Below are positions 1-8,459 of a stretch of 47,898 bases of DNA, in pieces. The stretch's first letter is position 1, and every line of letters starts with the position of its first letter. Both the position numbers and the translations under genes were made by a program. The stretch is taken from contig CAYUWF010000004.1 of the NCBI GenBank assembly GCA_964448245.1, forward strand, positions 1-47,898. Direction: 5' to 3'. Source of the DNA: an uncultured Anaerolineaceae bacterium (GTDB lineage: Bacteria > Chloroflexota > Anaerolineae > Anaerolineales > E44-bin32). The notes under the pieces are model-generated. The model was not told the origin of the DNA, searched no databases, and saw nothing but the letters and a program-made list of their open reading frames with translations.

Positions 1-384
1 GCGAACCGCGTCCTGGACGATTATCCTGATCGACATGCGATTGTCGTTACGCACGGCTAGCTCGGCGTGTTTGGCGAGCGGCACGTTCACCGCCCGGCTT
101 TCGGCTGCCACCACGAGGCCCCTGACACCCAATACCTGTTCGACGACCTGATCTATCTCCACCGGGGCGTCTTCCTGGTCATCGTGCGGCCGTGCTCCCC
201 GGCCGCAAGCAGTACGAGCAAGATGAGGACAGCGACTTCCACTTCGACTACCCAGCTGCCCTAAAGTGAGCCGACGGCGGCTGCGGACCCCGCGCTGAAG
301 GTCCTAGGCACCGGACACCACGCGGCCGGCCTTGGCGCCCATGAGCCTTCCGGCCCACTCTCCCGATTATGCAGCGTCAACCCC

Positions 385-413
385 TGGACATCCGGCGCCT
401 GCCCCGGTAAAAT
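385..413 (+). promoter_or_regulatory. Predicted sigma70-type promoter of rpsT
   Basis: -35 TGGACA (385-390), 17-nt spacer, -10 TAAAAT (408-413). The AT-rich hexamer stands out in a GC-rich background, about 40 nt upstream of the TTG start at 457. Confidence 0.55.
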
Positions 414-456
414 GGGTGGGTTGGCCTCGCCCAGCGCGGGAGCCCGGGAGGAACGG

Positions 457-732
457 TTGGCAAACACCAAGTCGGCGAAGAAGCGAATTCGCCAGAACAG
501 CCGGCGCCGTGTGCGCAACGCCAAGATTCGGACGCGGGCGCGCTCCAGCGTGCGTGACGCGCGGCAGGCCGTCGAAGGCCCCGACCCGGCCGCCGGCCGG
601 GCGGCCGTCAAGGCGGCCATTCAGGAGTTGGATCGGGCGGCGTCGAAGGGCGTCATCCATCGAAACAACGCCGCTCGGCGCAAGAGCCGCCTTCAGAAGC
701 GCCTGGCGCAGATGAAGGGCCCCAAGAAGTAA
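457..732 (+). CDS. rpsT: 30S ribosomal protein S20
   Basis: Translation ANTKSAKKRIRQNSRRRVRNAKIRTRARS... is the canonical S20 N-terminus. TTG 457 is preceded by GGGAGGAA (445-452). The ORF-track ATG at 412 lies inside the predicted -10 box, so the 106-aa model is probably too long. Confidence 0.9.
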   Translation: MANTKSAKKRIRQNSRRRVRNAKIRTRARSSVRDARQAVEGPDPAAGRAAVKAAIQELDRAASKGVIHRNNAARRKSRLQKRLAQMKGPKK

Positions 733-754
733 CCTGCCCTCGAGCACAATCATG

Positions 755-790
755 GACCACGGCCGCCCTACGGATGGCCGTGGTCTTTCT
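755..790 (+). terminator. Rho-independent terminator after rpsT
   Basis: Perfect 10-bp stem GACCACGGCC (755-764) / GGCCGTGGTC (776-785), 11-nt loop, followed by TTTCTGCTT. Confidence 0.7.
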
Positions 791-804
791 GCTTAATCGC
801 GGCG

Positions 805-813
805 TGCTATAAT
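805..813 (+). promoter_or_regulatory. Extended -10 promoter element upstream of argS
   Basis: TGCTATAAT (TG 805-806, TATAAT 808-813), 24 nt upstream of the GTG start at 837. There is no good -35. The same GTGCTAYAAT motif recurs at 24127-24136 (minus) and 37513-37522 (plus). Confidence 0.5.
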
Positions 814-836
814 CGCCCGCTTCTCCAGAGGGCCTC

Positions 837-2642
837 GTGTTCGAAGCCGAACTTCGCGCCATCGAAGCGCAGATCTTGCAGGCGCTGGAGTCCGCCGGGG
901 CCTCCGTTCCCGGCCCGATCGCCTTTTCTCCGATTCCTTACGCCGGTCGCTGGGGTCTGGGCAGCCCGGTCTGTTTCCAGGCGGCCGCCGCGGAAGCGCG
1001 CAGCGGCCGCCGCGGCCTCGTCCCCGCGCGTGCCGCCGAGCTGGCGGCCCAGATCGCGCCGGCGCTGCGGCCCCCGCCGGGAGTCAGCCGTATCGAAGCC
1101 GACGGCGGGTACCTCAATCTTTATTTCGAGACGGCTCTTTTCGCCGGCCGCGTGGTGGATGAGGTCGAACGGGCGGGCCCCGACTACGGGCGTGGCGCGA
1201 AAAAGGGCGAGCGGGTGATGGTCGAATACGCCCAGCCCAACACTCACCACTCGATCCACATCGGTCACGCCCGAACGGCGGTCCTCGGCGAGTCCCTGGC
1301 CCGCATCGTCGAGTTCGCCGGGTTCGACACGATTCGTGCCTCCTATCCCGGGGACATCGGCCTGGGCGTGATCACCTGCGTCTGGGCCTATCAGAAGCTC
1401 TATCAGGGGCAGGAGCCGGAAGGGGTTCACGCGCGCGGACGCTGGCTGGCCTCGATCTATGCCGAGGCCACGGCCCTTCTCGAGCCCAAGCCCGACGAAA
1501 CCCCGGAAGAGCGTGACCGCCGCCAAGGCTACGACCGGGAGCGGCGGGATATGCTGCGCCGATGGAGCGAGGGCGACCCAGAGGTCCGCGCCCTCTGGGA
1601 GAAGACCCGCCAGTGGAGCCTCGACGAGCTCAACGAAGTCCTGACGCTGCTCGATATCCACATGGACGTCTTTTTCTATGAGAGCCAGGTGGAAGAGACC
1701 GCCAAGGAGATGGTGGAGGAGTTGATCGCCCAGGGCATCGCCGAGGATGAGCGCCCGGCCGGCGGCCCGGTCATCGTCCGGATCGACGAGAAGCTCGGGT
1801 TGAAGGGGGAGAAGTACCGGACGGCCGTCCTGCTGCGCAGCGACGGCACATCGCTCTACCTGACGAAGGACCTGGCCCTGGCCAGGGTCAAGTTCAAGCA
1901 GTATGGGGTCGATCGCTCGATCTACGTCGTCGACGTCCGGCAGAGCCTCCACTTCCAGCAAGCTTTCAAGATCCTCGAGCTGTGGGGCTTCCCCCAGGCG
2001 GCCAAGTGCCATCACCTGGCCTACGGCTTCGTTACCCTGCCTGAGGGCGCGATGTCGTCCCGTCGCGGCAACGTCATCTTCTTCAAGGACGTGTACGACG
2101 AAGCGGTGCGCCGGGTCGAAGCCGTGATCGCCGAGAAGAATCCGGACATGCCGGCCGAGAGGCGGCCGGAGGTGGCGGCCCAGGTCGGCCTGGGGGCCCT
2201 GGCATACGCCCTGCTATCCGTCGACAATACCAAGGACATCGTCTTCGACTGGGACACCGCCCTGAGCTTCGACGGGCAGACCGGGCCCTACCTGCAGAAC
2301 GCCGCCGTCCGGGCCGGCAGCATCCTGCGCAAGGCGGGCGAGGTCCCGCCCCATCCGACCTTCGATCGCGCACTAAGTCCACAGGAAGTCGGCCTGATCG
2401 ACATGGTGGCGCGCTTCCCGGGCGTGGTGCGCCAGGCGGCCGAGGAATACAAGCCGCTACTCGTGGCCAATTACGTCTACGAGCTGGCGCGCCAGTTCCA
2501 TGCCTTCTACCATAGCGATCCCGTGCTGCAGGCGCCGCAGGAGGCGATACGCACCAGCCGTCTGCATCTGACCCGCGCCGTGCGCCAGACGCTGCACAAC
2601 GCCCTTCGCCTGCTGGCGATGGCGACGCCGGAGCAAATGTAG
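837..2642 (+). CDS. argS: Arginine--tRNA ligase
   Basis: Class I HIGH motif (..NTHHSIHIGHARTAVLG..), MSSRRG KMSKS-equivalent, and a C-terminal anticodon-binding region (..ANYVYELARQFHAFY..). 601 aa, GTG start. Confidence 0.95.
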   Translation: MFEAELRAIEAQILQALESAGASVPGPIAFSPIPYAGRWGLGSPVCFQAAAAEARSGRRGLVPARAAELAAQIAPALRPPPGVSRIEADGGYLNLYFETALFAGRVVDEVERAGPDYGRGAKKGERVMVEYAQPNTHHSIHIGHARTAVLGESLARIVEFAGFDTIRASYPGDIGLGVITCVWAYQKLYQGQEPEGVHARGRWLASIYAEATALLEPKPDETPEERDRRQGYDRERRDMLRRWSEGDPEVRALWEKTRQWSLDELNEVLTLLDIHMDVFFYESQVEETAKEMVEELIAQGIAEDERPAGGPVIVRIDEKLGLKGEKYRTAVLLRSDGTSLYLTKDLALARVKFKQYGVDRSIYVVDVRQSLHFQQAFKILELWGFPQAAKCHHLAYGFVTLPEGAMSSRRGNVIFFKDVYDEAVRRVEAVIAEKNPDMPAERRPEVAAQVGLGALAYALLSVDNTKDIVFDWDTALSFDGQTGPYLQNAAVRAGSILRKAGEVPPHPTFDRALSPQEVGLIDMVARFPGVVRQAAEEYKPLLVANYVYELARQFHAFYHSDPVLQAPQEAIRTSRLHLTRAVRQTLHNALRLLAMATPEQM

Positions 2643-2678
2643 GACCCATCCCAACTTCTGCCAGGAGAGCGAACGACC

Positions 2679-4001
2679 ATGCCGAAGAAGAACACTCTGA
2701 TCATGGGTGCCGCCGGCCGGGACTTCCACAATTTCAACGTCGCCTACCGGGAGAACCCCGAGGTCCAGGTGGTGGCCTTCACGGCAACGCAGATCCCGAA
2801 CATCGAGGGGCGGGTCTACCCTGCGGAACTCGCCGGCGCGCACTATCCTCAAGGGATCCCCATTCATTCGGAAACCGAGCTGCTGCGGCTGATCGCGGAG
2901 CTGAAGGTGCACCAGGTCGTCTTTGCCTACAGCGACGTCCCCCATACCTACGTCATGCACAAGGCTTCCCAGGTGCTGGCAGCGGGCGCCGACTTCTGCC
3001 TGCTGGGACCGCGCAGCACGGAGATCGTCTCCAGCAAGGCGGTCGTCTCGATCTGCGCCGCCCGCACCGGCAGCGGGAAGAGCCAGACCTGCCGCCGCGT
3101 GGCCGAGATCCTACGCGGCGCCGGGCATCGGGTCGCCGCCATTCGCCACCCGATGCCCTACGGGGACCTGTCGCGCCAGACAGCGCAGCGCTTCGCCACG
3201 TATGACGACCTGGAAGCGGCGCAATGCACCATCGAGGAACGCGAGGAGTACGAACCCCACCTGGCGCGGGGCGTGCTCGTCTTCGCCGGGGTCGACTATG
3301 GCCAGATCCTACGCATGGCCGAGAAAGAAGCCGACATCATCCTGTGGGACGGGGGCAACAACGATCTGCCCTTCTACCACAGCAACCTGCACATCGTCGT
3401 CGTCGACCCCCACCGGCCGGGGCATGAGATGGCCTACCACCCGGGCGAAGCCAACGTCCGCATGGCCGACGTCATCGTCATCAACAAGGTCGACACCGCC
3501 GCCGCCGAGGGCGTGCTCGCAGTCCGCGACAACCTGGCCCAGCTCAACCCGTCGGCGACGGTAATCGAAGCGGCTTCGCCCATTTTCGTCGACGACCCGG
3601 CGGCGATCCGCGGCAAGCGCGTGTTGGTGGTCGAGGACGGGCCGACGCTGACGCATGGGGAGATGGCTTACGGCGCCGGCTGGGTCGCCGCCCGGCGATT
3701 CGGTGCGGCCGAGATCGTCGATCCGCGGCCCTACGCCGTCGGCAGCATCGCCCAGACCTACGCCAAGTACCCCACCACCGGGGCCGTTCTCCCGGCGATG
3801 GGCTACGGCGACGGACAGGTGCGCGAGCTCGAGCAGACGATCAACAACGCTAAGGCGGATCTGGTGTTGATCGGGACGCCGATCGACCTCGGCCGCCTGA
3901 TGGACCTCAACAAGCCCGCCCAGCGGATCCGCTACGAGCTTCAGGAGATCGGCCAACCGACGCTCAGCGAGATCCTGACCGAGCGTTTCGGCCGCAAGTA
4001 G
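2679..4001 (+). CDS. P-loop GTPase, COG2403 family (often annotated cyclic 2,3-diphosphoglycerate synthetase-like)
   Basis: Walker A AARTGSGKS, WDGGNND, guanine-specificity NKVD (..VIVINKVD..). AGGAGAG RBS upstream of the ATG. Confidence 0.8.
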   Translation: MPKKNTLIMGAAGRDFHNFNVAYRENPEVQVVAFTATQIPNIEGRVYPAELAGAHYPQGIPIHSETELLRLIAELKVHQVVFAYSDVPHTYVMHKASQVLAAGADFCLLGPRSTEIVSSKAVVSICAARTGSGKSQTCRRVAEILRGAGHRVAAIRHPMPYGDLSRQTAQRFATYDDLEAAQCTIEEREEYEPHLARGVLVFAGVDYGQILRMAEKEADIILWDGGNNDLPFYHSNLHIVVVDPHRPGHEMAYHPGEANVRMADVIVINKVDTAAAEGVLAVRDNLAQLNPSATVIEAASPIFVDDPAAIRGKRVLVVEDGPTLTHGEMAYGAGWVAARRFGAAEIVDPRPYAVGSIAQTYAKYPTTGAVLPAMGYGDGQVRELEQTINNAKADLVLIGTPIDLGRLMDLNKPAQRIRYELQEIGQPTLSEILTERFGRK

Positions 4002-4013
4002 CTGCGAGCCGCC

Positions 4014-5309
4014 ATGGCGCGTCGGCGAGCCCGGCCCGTCCGGCTGGCCTGGGAAGCCGGACCACCGGCGGCTCCCCGTCCGGCCCAGCTGACCCGTCAG
4101 TCCCACGTCCCTTCTCCGGACGGAGCCGTGCCGCGCGGACGGCTCATCGAGGGCGACAACCTGGCCGTCATGGGCGCGCTGCTCCCCGAGCTTGAAGCGC
4201 GCATCGACCTGGTCTACATCGATCCGCCTTTCCATTCCGGGAAGACCTTCGCCGCGCGCGTCGGTGGGCGCGAGGACTCGCGCCGGCCGGCGACGTGGGA
4301 AACAATACCGGGGTTCGAAGACCGCTGGCCAGATCTGCCGGCCTACCTCGAGATGCTGCGGCCGCGCCTCGAGCTGATCTATCGTCTCCTCGCCCCGACC
4401 GGTTCGCTTTACGTCCACCTCGACTGGCACATCTCGAGCTACGTCCGCGTCTTGCTCGACGAAATCTTCGGAGCCGAGCGCCTGTTGAATGAGATCGTCT
4501 GGGTTTATCACGGCCCTTCCCCGATCCGTTCGGCCTTTTCGCGCAAGCACGACACCATCCTCGCCTATACGAAGTCAGCCAGGTACACGTTCAATGCCGA
4601 TGCTGTGCGCATCCCGTACGACCCCTCGACGGTGAAAGCCTTTGGCGGGTCCACCAGGGCCGGTTTCGGCAAGACGCCCAACTTGAAGCGAGGCAAAGTC
4701 CCGGAGGACTGGTGGTTCTTCCCCGTCGTCGCCCGGCTGCACCGGGAGCGAACGGGGTATCCAACGCAGAAGCCCTTGGCGCTGCTCGAGCGGATCGTGC
4801 GCGCTTCCAGCAGGCCGGGAGACCTCGTAGCGGACTTCTTCTGTGGATCGGGCACGACGTTGGAGGCGGCTGCCCGGCAGGGCCGGCGGTGGCTCGGGTG
4901 CGACTCGGCCCCCCTCGCCTGCGCCACGACCTATCACCGATTGCTGCTCGACTGTCCGCAGGAGGGCTTCGACTGGATCGCCGACGCCTCTACCGCGCCG
5001 GCTCCCCTCGGCGCCTACGTTCGCCTCATCGTCGAAGGATCGCAAGCGGCGGTCCGCGTAAGCTCGCGCAAGCGGTTCCAGTGGATCGAAGCCGACTGGG
5101 ACGACAAGGGCGAGGCCTTCCAGAGCCAGGCGCGCGCGGCGCGCCCTTGGCGATCCGCCGCCCCCCTTCCCGCACTGATCCACCGCTTCGCCCGCCCGGG
5201 GACCTACCGCGTCGCCGTGCGGGCGGTGGACGCCGCCGGAAAGATTCACATGGCGAGAGTCAACGTGCGGATTCCGCGCCGATCCCCACGCCGATCGCGC
5301 CGGGTCTGA
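4014..5309 (+). CDS. Site-specific DNA methyltransferase, beta-class N6/N4 family (DPPF, probably N6-adenine), with an extra C-terminal Ig/PKD-like region
   Basis: Motif IV LVYIDPPFHSG precedes motif I DFFCGSGTTLEAA (beta-class order). YPTQKPLALLERIV matches the N6_N4_Mtase family pattern. The last ~110 aa lie outside the methylase core. Confidence 0.85.
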   Translation: MARRRARPVRLAWEAGPPAAPRPAQLTRQSHVPSPDGAVPRGRLIEGDNLAVMGALLPELEARIDLVYIDPPFHSGKTFAARVGGREDSRRPATWETIPGFEDRWPDLPAYLEMLRPRLELIYRLLAPTGSLYVHLDWHISSYVRVLLDEIFGAERLLNEIVWVYHGPSPIRSAFSRKHDTILAYTKSARYTFNADAVRIPYDPSTVKAFGGSTRAGFGKTPNLKRGKVPEDWWFFPVVARLHRERTGYPTQKPLALLERIVRASSRPGDLVADFFCGSGTTLEAAARQGRRWLGCDSAPLACATTYHRLLLDCPQEGFDWIADASTAPAPLGAYVRLIVEGSQAAVRVSSRKRFQWIEADWDDKGEAFQSQARAARPWRSAAPLPALIHRFARPGTYRVAVRAVDAAGKIHMARVNVRIPRRSPRRSRRV

Positions 5310-5320
5310 CCCCCGGAGCA

Positions 5321-5523
5321 TTAGTAGGTTGCGGAGAAATGGCTACGGTCGTCAAACCCCCACCCCTGAACCTTGCGACACGGTGCAGGTGAGCATCCCG
5401 TAGGGGCTCCCCCTGCGCCCGCCGCGCCCCGCGTCCCTGGGATTCCTGCAGGGGGGAGGGGATCCCATTTCTGGGGGGGGTTGGGGGGTGAGGGGAGAAG
5501 AGGGTTTTTCAGCAACCTGTTAG
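5321..5523 (-). mobile_element. MITE-like structured repeat, copy A (inverted orientation)
   Basis: The left end TTAGTAGGTTGCGGAGAAATGGCTACGGTCGTCAAACCCCC is the reverse complement of the family 3' end. The right end is ..GGGTTTTTCAGCAACCTGTTAG. The core matches copies C and E in reverse complement (GAGCATCCCGTAGGGGCTCCCCCTGC). Flanked by TA on both sides. Confidence 0.7.
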
Positions 5524-5553
5524 AAAAAAAGGGCGCACCCACCCGGGTGCGCC
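5524..5553 (-). terminator. Rho-independent terminator of the response-regulator gene
   Basis: On the minus strand: stem GGCGCACCC / GGGTGCGCC (5532-5540 / 5545-5553), 4-nt loop, followed by a run of seven T (plus-strand A7 at 5524-5530). Confidence 0.8.
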
Positions 5554-5585
5554 TCGGGCTGACCGGCAAGGGTCTGGCCTGCCGC

Positions 5586-6251
5586 CTACCCCGGCAGGTC
5601 CAGGCGATAACCCATCCCGCGGATTGTCTTCAAAAAGCGTGGTTCGTTCGGGTCCGGCTCGATGGCACGTCGAAGCCAGCTCATGTGGACGTCGAGCGTA
5701 CGCGTGTCGCCGGTGTAGTCCGTGTGCCAGACCTGGCGGATGAGCGAGGCGCGCGTCAGGAGCTTGCCCGGGTTCTGCAGGAAGACCTCCAGCAGGCGGG
5801 CCTCCTTGGGCGTCATGCGCGACACGCGACCGAGGCAGCGCACGGTCCGCTGGGCGAGGTTCAACCGGATCGGCCCGACCTCCAAGACGTAGCGGGTATC
5901 CCCGGGAAGCAGGCGTGCCACGCGATTGATGAGCTTGCGGGGCGTGAACGGGAGAACGAGGACGACACTAGCGCCCTGGATGCTCTCCGGGTCGGTCCCC
6001 TTCGGGGACACGAGCAGGATCGGCACGCCGTTGAGGCCCGCGCGGAGGGCGCGGCACATGCGTGCCCCGCTGGCCTGCATCGAAGCCGCGTCCAGGACGA
6101 CCAGATCGGGCTCGTCCTTCTGCGCATAGGTTAGGGCACCTTCGACGCGGTGATGGACGTTGACCCGGTAGCCTTTCTTCTCAAGAACGGACGCCAGCGA
6201 CGGAGCGCTGGCGCGTCCACTCTCGATCAGAAGGATTGTCGACGAGGTCAT
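5586..6251 (-). CDS. OmpR-family response regulator with an atypical receiver domain
   Basis: Receiver plus winged-helix output (..LTPKEARLLEVFLQNPGKLLTRASLIRQVW..IRGMGYRL..). Start taken at ATG 6251 (MTSSTILLIE..), because the longer ORF-track start at 6338 overlaps the predicted promoter. Confidence 0.85.
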   Translation of the reverse strand: MTSSTILLIESGRASAPSLASVLEKKGYRVNVHHRVEGALTYAQKDEPDLVVLDAASMQASGARMCRALRAGLNGVPILLVSPKGTDPESIQGASVVLVLPFTPRKLINRVARLLPGDTRYVLEVGPIRLNLAQRTVRCLGRVSRMTPKEARLLEVFLQNPGKLLTRASLIRQVWHTDYTGDTRTLDVHMSWLRRAIEPDPNEPRFLKTIRGMGYRLDLPG

Positions 6252-6309
6252 CCGGCCGGGTCCAGGGACGAGACGGCAGCCTGGTCGAGCACCGGCTACC
6301 CTACAGAGG

Positions 6310-6338
6310 ATTATACATGCTTTCTTAAGGTGTGCCAA
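6310..6338 (-). promoter_or_regulatory. Predicted sigma70-type promoter of the response-regulator gene
   Basis: Minus strand: -35 TTGGCA (6333-6338), 17-nt spacer, extended -10 TGTATAAT (6310-6317). Confidence 0.6.
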
Positions 6339-6458
6339 TGAACCGCTGGTTGGAGTGCCGTCGTCGGCGCGGTCCGGCCGACATCGCCTCCGCCCACGCC
6401 TCCACTTGCGCAGAGGGCATCCTGCCTCGTGGCCGCCTGGCGTGGGTATGCCGAAGGT

Positions 6459-7253
6459 CTAGGGTATGGGGGAAGGCGTGAGCGTGCGGGTTGGCGGTGC
6501 GCCGCGGATCTGAAACCGCGCCGAGACTTGCCATTGTGTGCCGATAAACACTTGGATCTCGTACTCGCCCTCCGACCATCCATCCTCGGGGAAGCACTCA
6601 GTGTATCCATAGCCACCGGTCCCGCCATCCCACGGCTTCGTCCCATCATAGCAAACCGGCTGGCCGTCGTGATACCACAGGGCCGACCAGCGGATTCCAT
6701 CCGTCATATGGTCGTAGCTGAACGCTCCATACAGGCGCCCGACGGGATTGTCGAACGCCTCGGCCGGCTGGATCGGGATGTTGAAGTTCGTCAGACTCGT
6801 CGCCACCAGGATCGGGCTCAGGACAGCCTCCGGGCGCGGCGTCACAGCGTCCTGAAACAGCAGGAGGAGCGACTCCGGCAGCATCGGCGTGACCGTCGCC
6901 GTCGGCGTGGGCGTGACGGAGGGCGTCAGGGAAATGCTCGGCGTGACGGTGATGGTGGGCGTCAGCGTGATGGTCGCCGTCGAGGTCGTCGTGCGCGTGG
7001 GGGTGATGGACGGCGTCGGGGGGAAGACGACATAAGCCGCCGGGCGGCCCAGGGCGAAGACCACGACCGACGCCAGGGTCACCGCCGCCGCGACCAGCAG
7101 CAGCCGCCAGGCTTCGGCTGCCTGCTCGCGCCGGAGCAGGTAGTAGCGCAGACGCCCGGTCTGGATGACGCGCCGGACCGCGATCGCACCCAGCACCAGG
7201 CCGGTGAGCACCAGCGTCCAGGCTAACCAGGAGACCGTCTGATCGATCGTCAT
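6459..7253 (-). CDS. Hypothetical membrane-anchored protein with a Thr/Pro-rich linker
   Basis: Two N-terminal hydrophobic helices, a PTPSITPTRTTTSTATITLTPTITVTPS.. linker, and a globular Trp/Gly/Tyr-rich C-terminal domain. The composition is protein-like, unlike the overlapping frames. Confidence 0.6.
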   Translation of the reverse strand: MTIDQTVSWLAWTLVLTGLVLGAIAVRRVIQTGRLRYYLLRREQAAEAWRLLLVAAAVTLASVVVFALGRPAAYVVFPPTPSITPTRTTTSTATITLTPTITVTPSISLTPSVTPTPTATVTPMLPESLLLLFQDAVTPRPEAVLSPILVATSLTNFNIPIQPAEAFDNPVGRLYGAFSYDHMTDGIRWSALWYHDGQPVCYDGTKPWDGGTGGYGYTECFPEDGWSEGEYEIQVFIGTQWQVSARFQIRGAPPTRTLTPSPIP

Positions 7254-7343
7254 CGCGAGCAGGGCACGGCTGACTTGAGTCTACCGCGAGGCGCGGCGCT
7301 TCGAAGCGCGGGTCACCCAACCGCCCGGCCCCGCCGCCCCTGC

Positions 7344-8447
7344 TCAGCTCAGGCTGAAGGAGGTGTAGTGGTAGAGGATACGGCCGCCGTCCAGGCCGAG
7401 CGTGTCGCTGCCGTCGACGACGCTGCCCCGATCGCTGCGGGCGGTCCAGGTGAACTGGCGGGTGTTCCCGCTGCCGCTCTTGCCGGTGACCTGGTATTGG
7501 GCGTTGGGGAGGACTTGCTGGAACAAGGTCTCGTACCACTGGCGCACCGCCTCGCGCCCGACGATCGTGCGCTCGCCGGTGACATGCGCCGCGTTCTCCT
7601 GATAGAGTCCGGCGATGAGCGAGGCGTCCTTCTGGTTGAGCCGGCCGATGAGGCGTTCCGGCATGTCGGCCACCTGCCCCTCGACGGGCCAGTCGAAGCC
7701 CGCCACCGCCTCCCACAGGTCGATCATCGTCGACCGGGTGGCGAAGTCGTAGGCCCAGAAGTTGGCCGCCGCCAATCCCATCTGGCGCGCTCGGCCCAGG
7801 AAGCGCACGACCTCGTCGGGGCTGGGCCGCCACGCATTGTGGTTATAGGTCGGGCCGGTGACCACGATCGGCCGGGCGGGTTGCAGCGCCTGGTACTGGG
7901 CGACGCTGCGCTCGAGCTGCTCTTCGGGATCGTGGGCGAATTCGAAGTAGACCTGGGGCATGGCGAAGTCGCAGCGCTCGAGGAACTGCGTGTACGGCAC
8001 CTGGTAGTGAATCTGCGGATAGCGGTAGGAACTAAAGCCGATGGGCATGTTGGGCAGGCCGGCCCGCAGCTCCTGCATGAAGCGCTGCGCCGCCACTTTC
8101 TTGCCCGGCGTCTTGTACTCCTTCTCGGCGTCGATGATGTAACCGTCGAGGCCGAGCGCCCGCATGCGTTGGATCGCCAGCCTCGCCTCGCCGACCGGAT
8201 CGTCGCCGCGCACGTAGTGCCAGCCCCAGACCTGGATCCCGACGCTGCGCAGCGCCGCCGCCACCGGCGGAATGTAGTCGATCTTGCGCGCCGCATCAAC
8301 GTTGTAGGCCCAATTCGAGCCGTCGGCGATCTTGATCATCACGTGAGTCAGCCCGGCGGCGTGCGAACGCGCCGCGATGCGGGAGGCGTCCCCCCCATCG
8401 CACTTGGGGACCTGCCACATGAAGTAGCCCTTGCCTTTGAGCGGCAT
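7344..8447 (-). CDS. Glycoside-hydrolase-like TIM-barrel protein (GH25 / Rv2525c-like) fused to an NTF2/SnoaL-like domain
   Basis: The N-terminal ~250 aa resemble muramidase-like TIM barrels (..GLTHVMIKIADG.., ..GIQVWGWHYV.., ..LDGYIIDAEKEY..). The C-terminal ~115 aa follow an NTF2-like pattern (..GREAVRQWYETLFQ..). The family assignment is from memory of motifs only. Confidence 0.6.
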   Translation of the reverse strand: MPLKGKGYFMWQVPKCDGGDASRIAARSHAAGLTHVMIKIADGSNWAYNVDAARKIDYIPPVAAALRSVGIQVWGWHYVRGDDPVGEARLAIQRMRALGLDGYIIDAEKEYKTPGKKVAAQRFMQELRAGLPNMPIGFSSYRYPQIHYQVPYTQFLERCDFAMPQVYFEFAHDPEEQLERSVAQYQALQPARPIVVTGPTYNHNAWRPSPDEVVRFLGRARQMGLAAANFWAYDFATRSTMIDLWEAVAGFDWPVEGQVADMPERLIGRLNQKDASLIAGLYQENAAHVTGERTIVGREAVRQWYETLFQQVLPNAQYQVTGKSGSGNTRQFTWTARSDRGSVVDGSDTLGLDGGRILYHYTSFSLS

Positions 8448-8459
8448 GATCCCTCTCCT

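Noticed and set aside
412-456. ATG 412 as the S20 start (15 extra N-terminal residues)
   Set aside because: The ATG lies inside the predicted -10 hexamer. The TTG at 457 has a GGGAGGAA RBS and gives the canonical S20 N-terminus.
807-2015. 402-aa ORF antisense to argS
   Set aside because: The opposite strand encodes an unmistakable ArgRS, and this ORF has low-complexity, Arg/Leu/Asp-rich composition.
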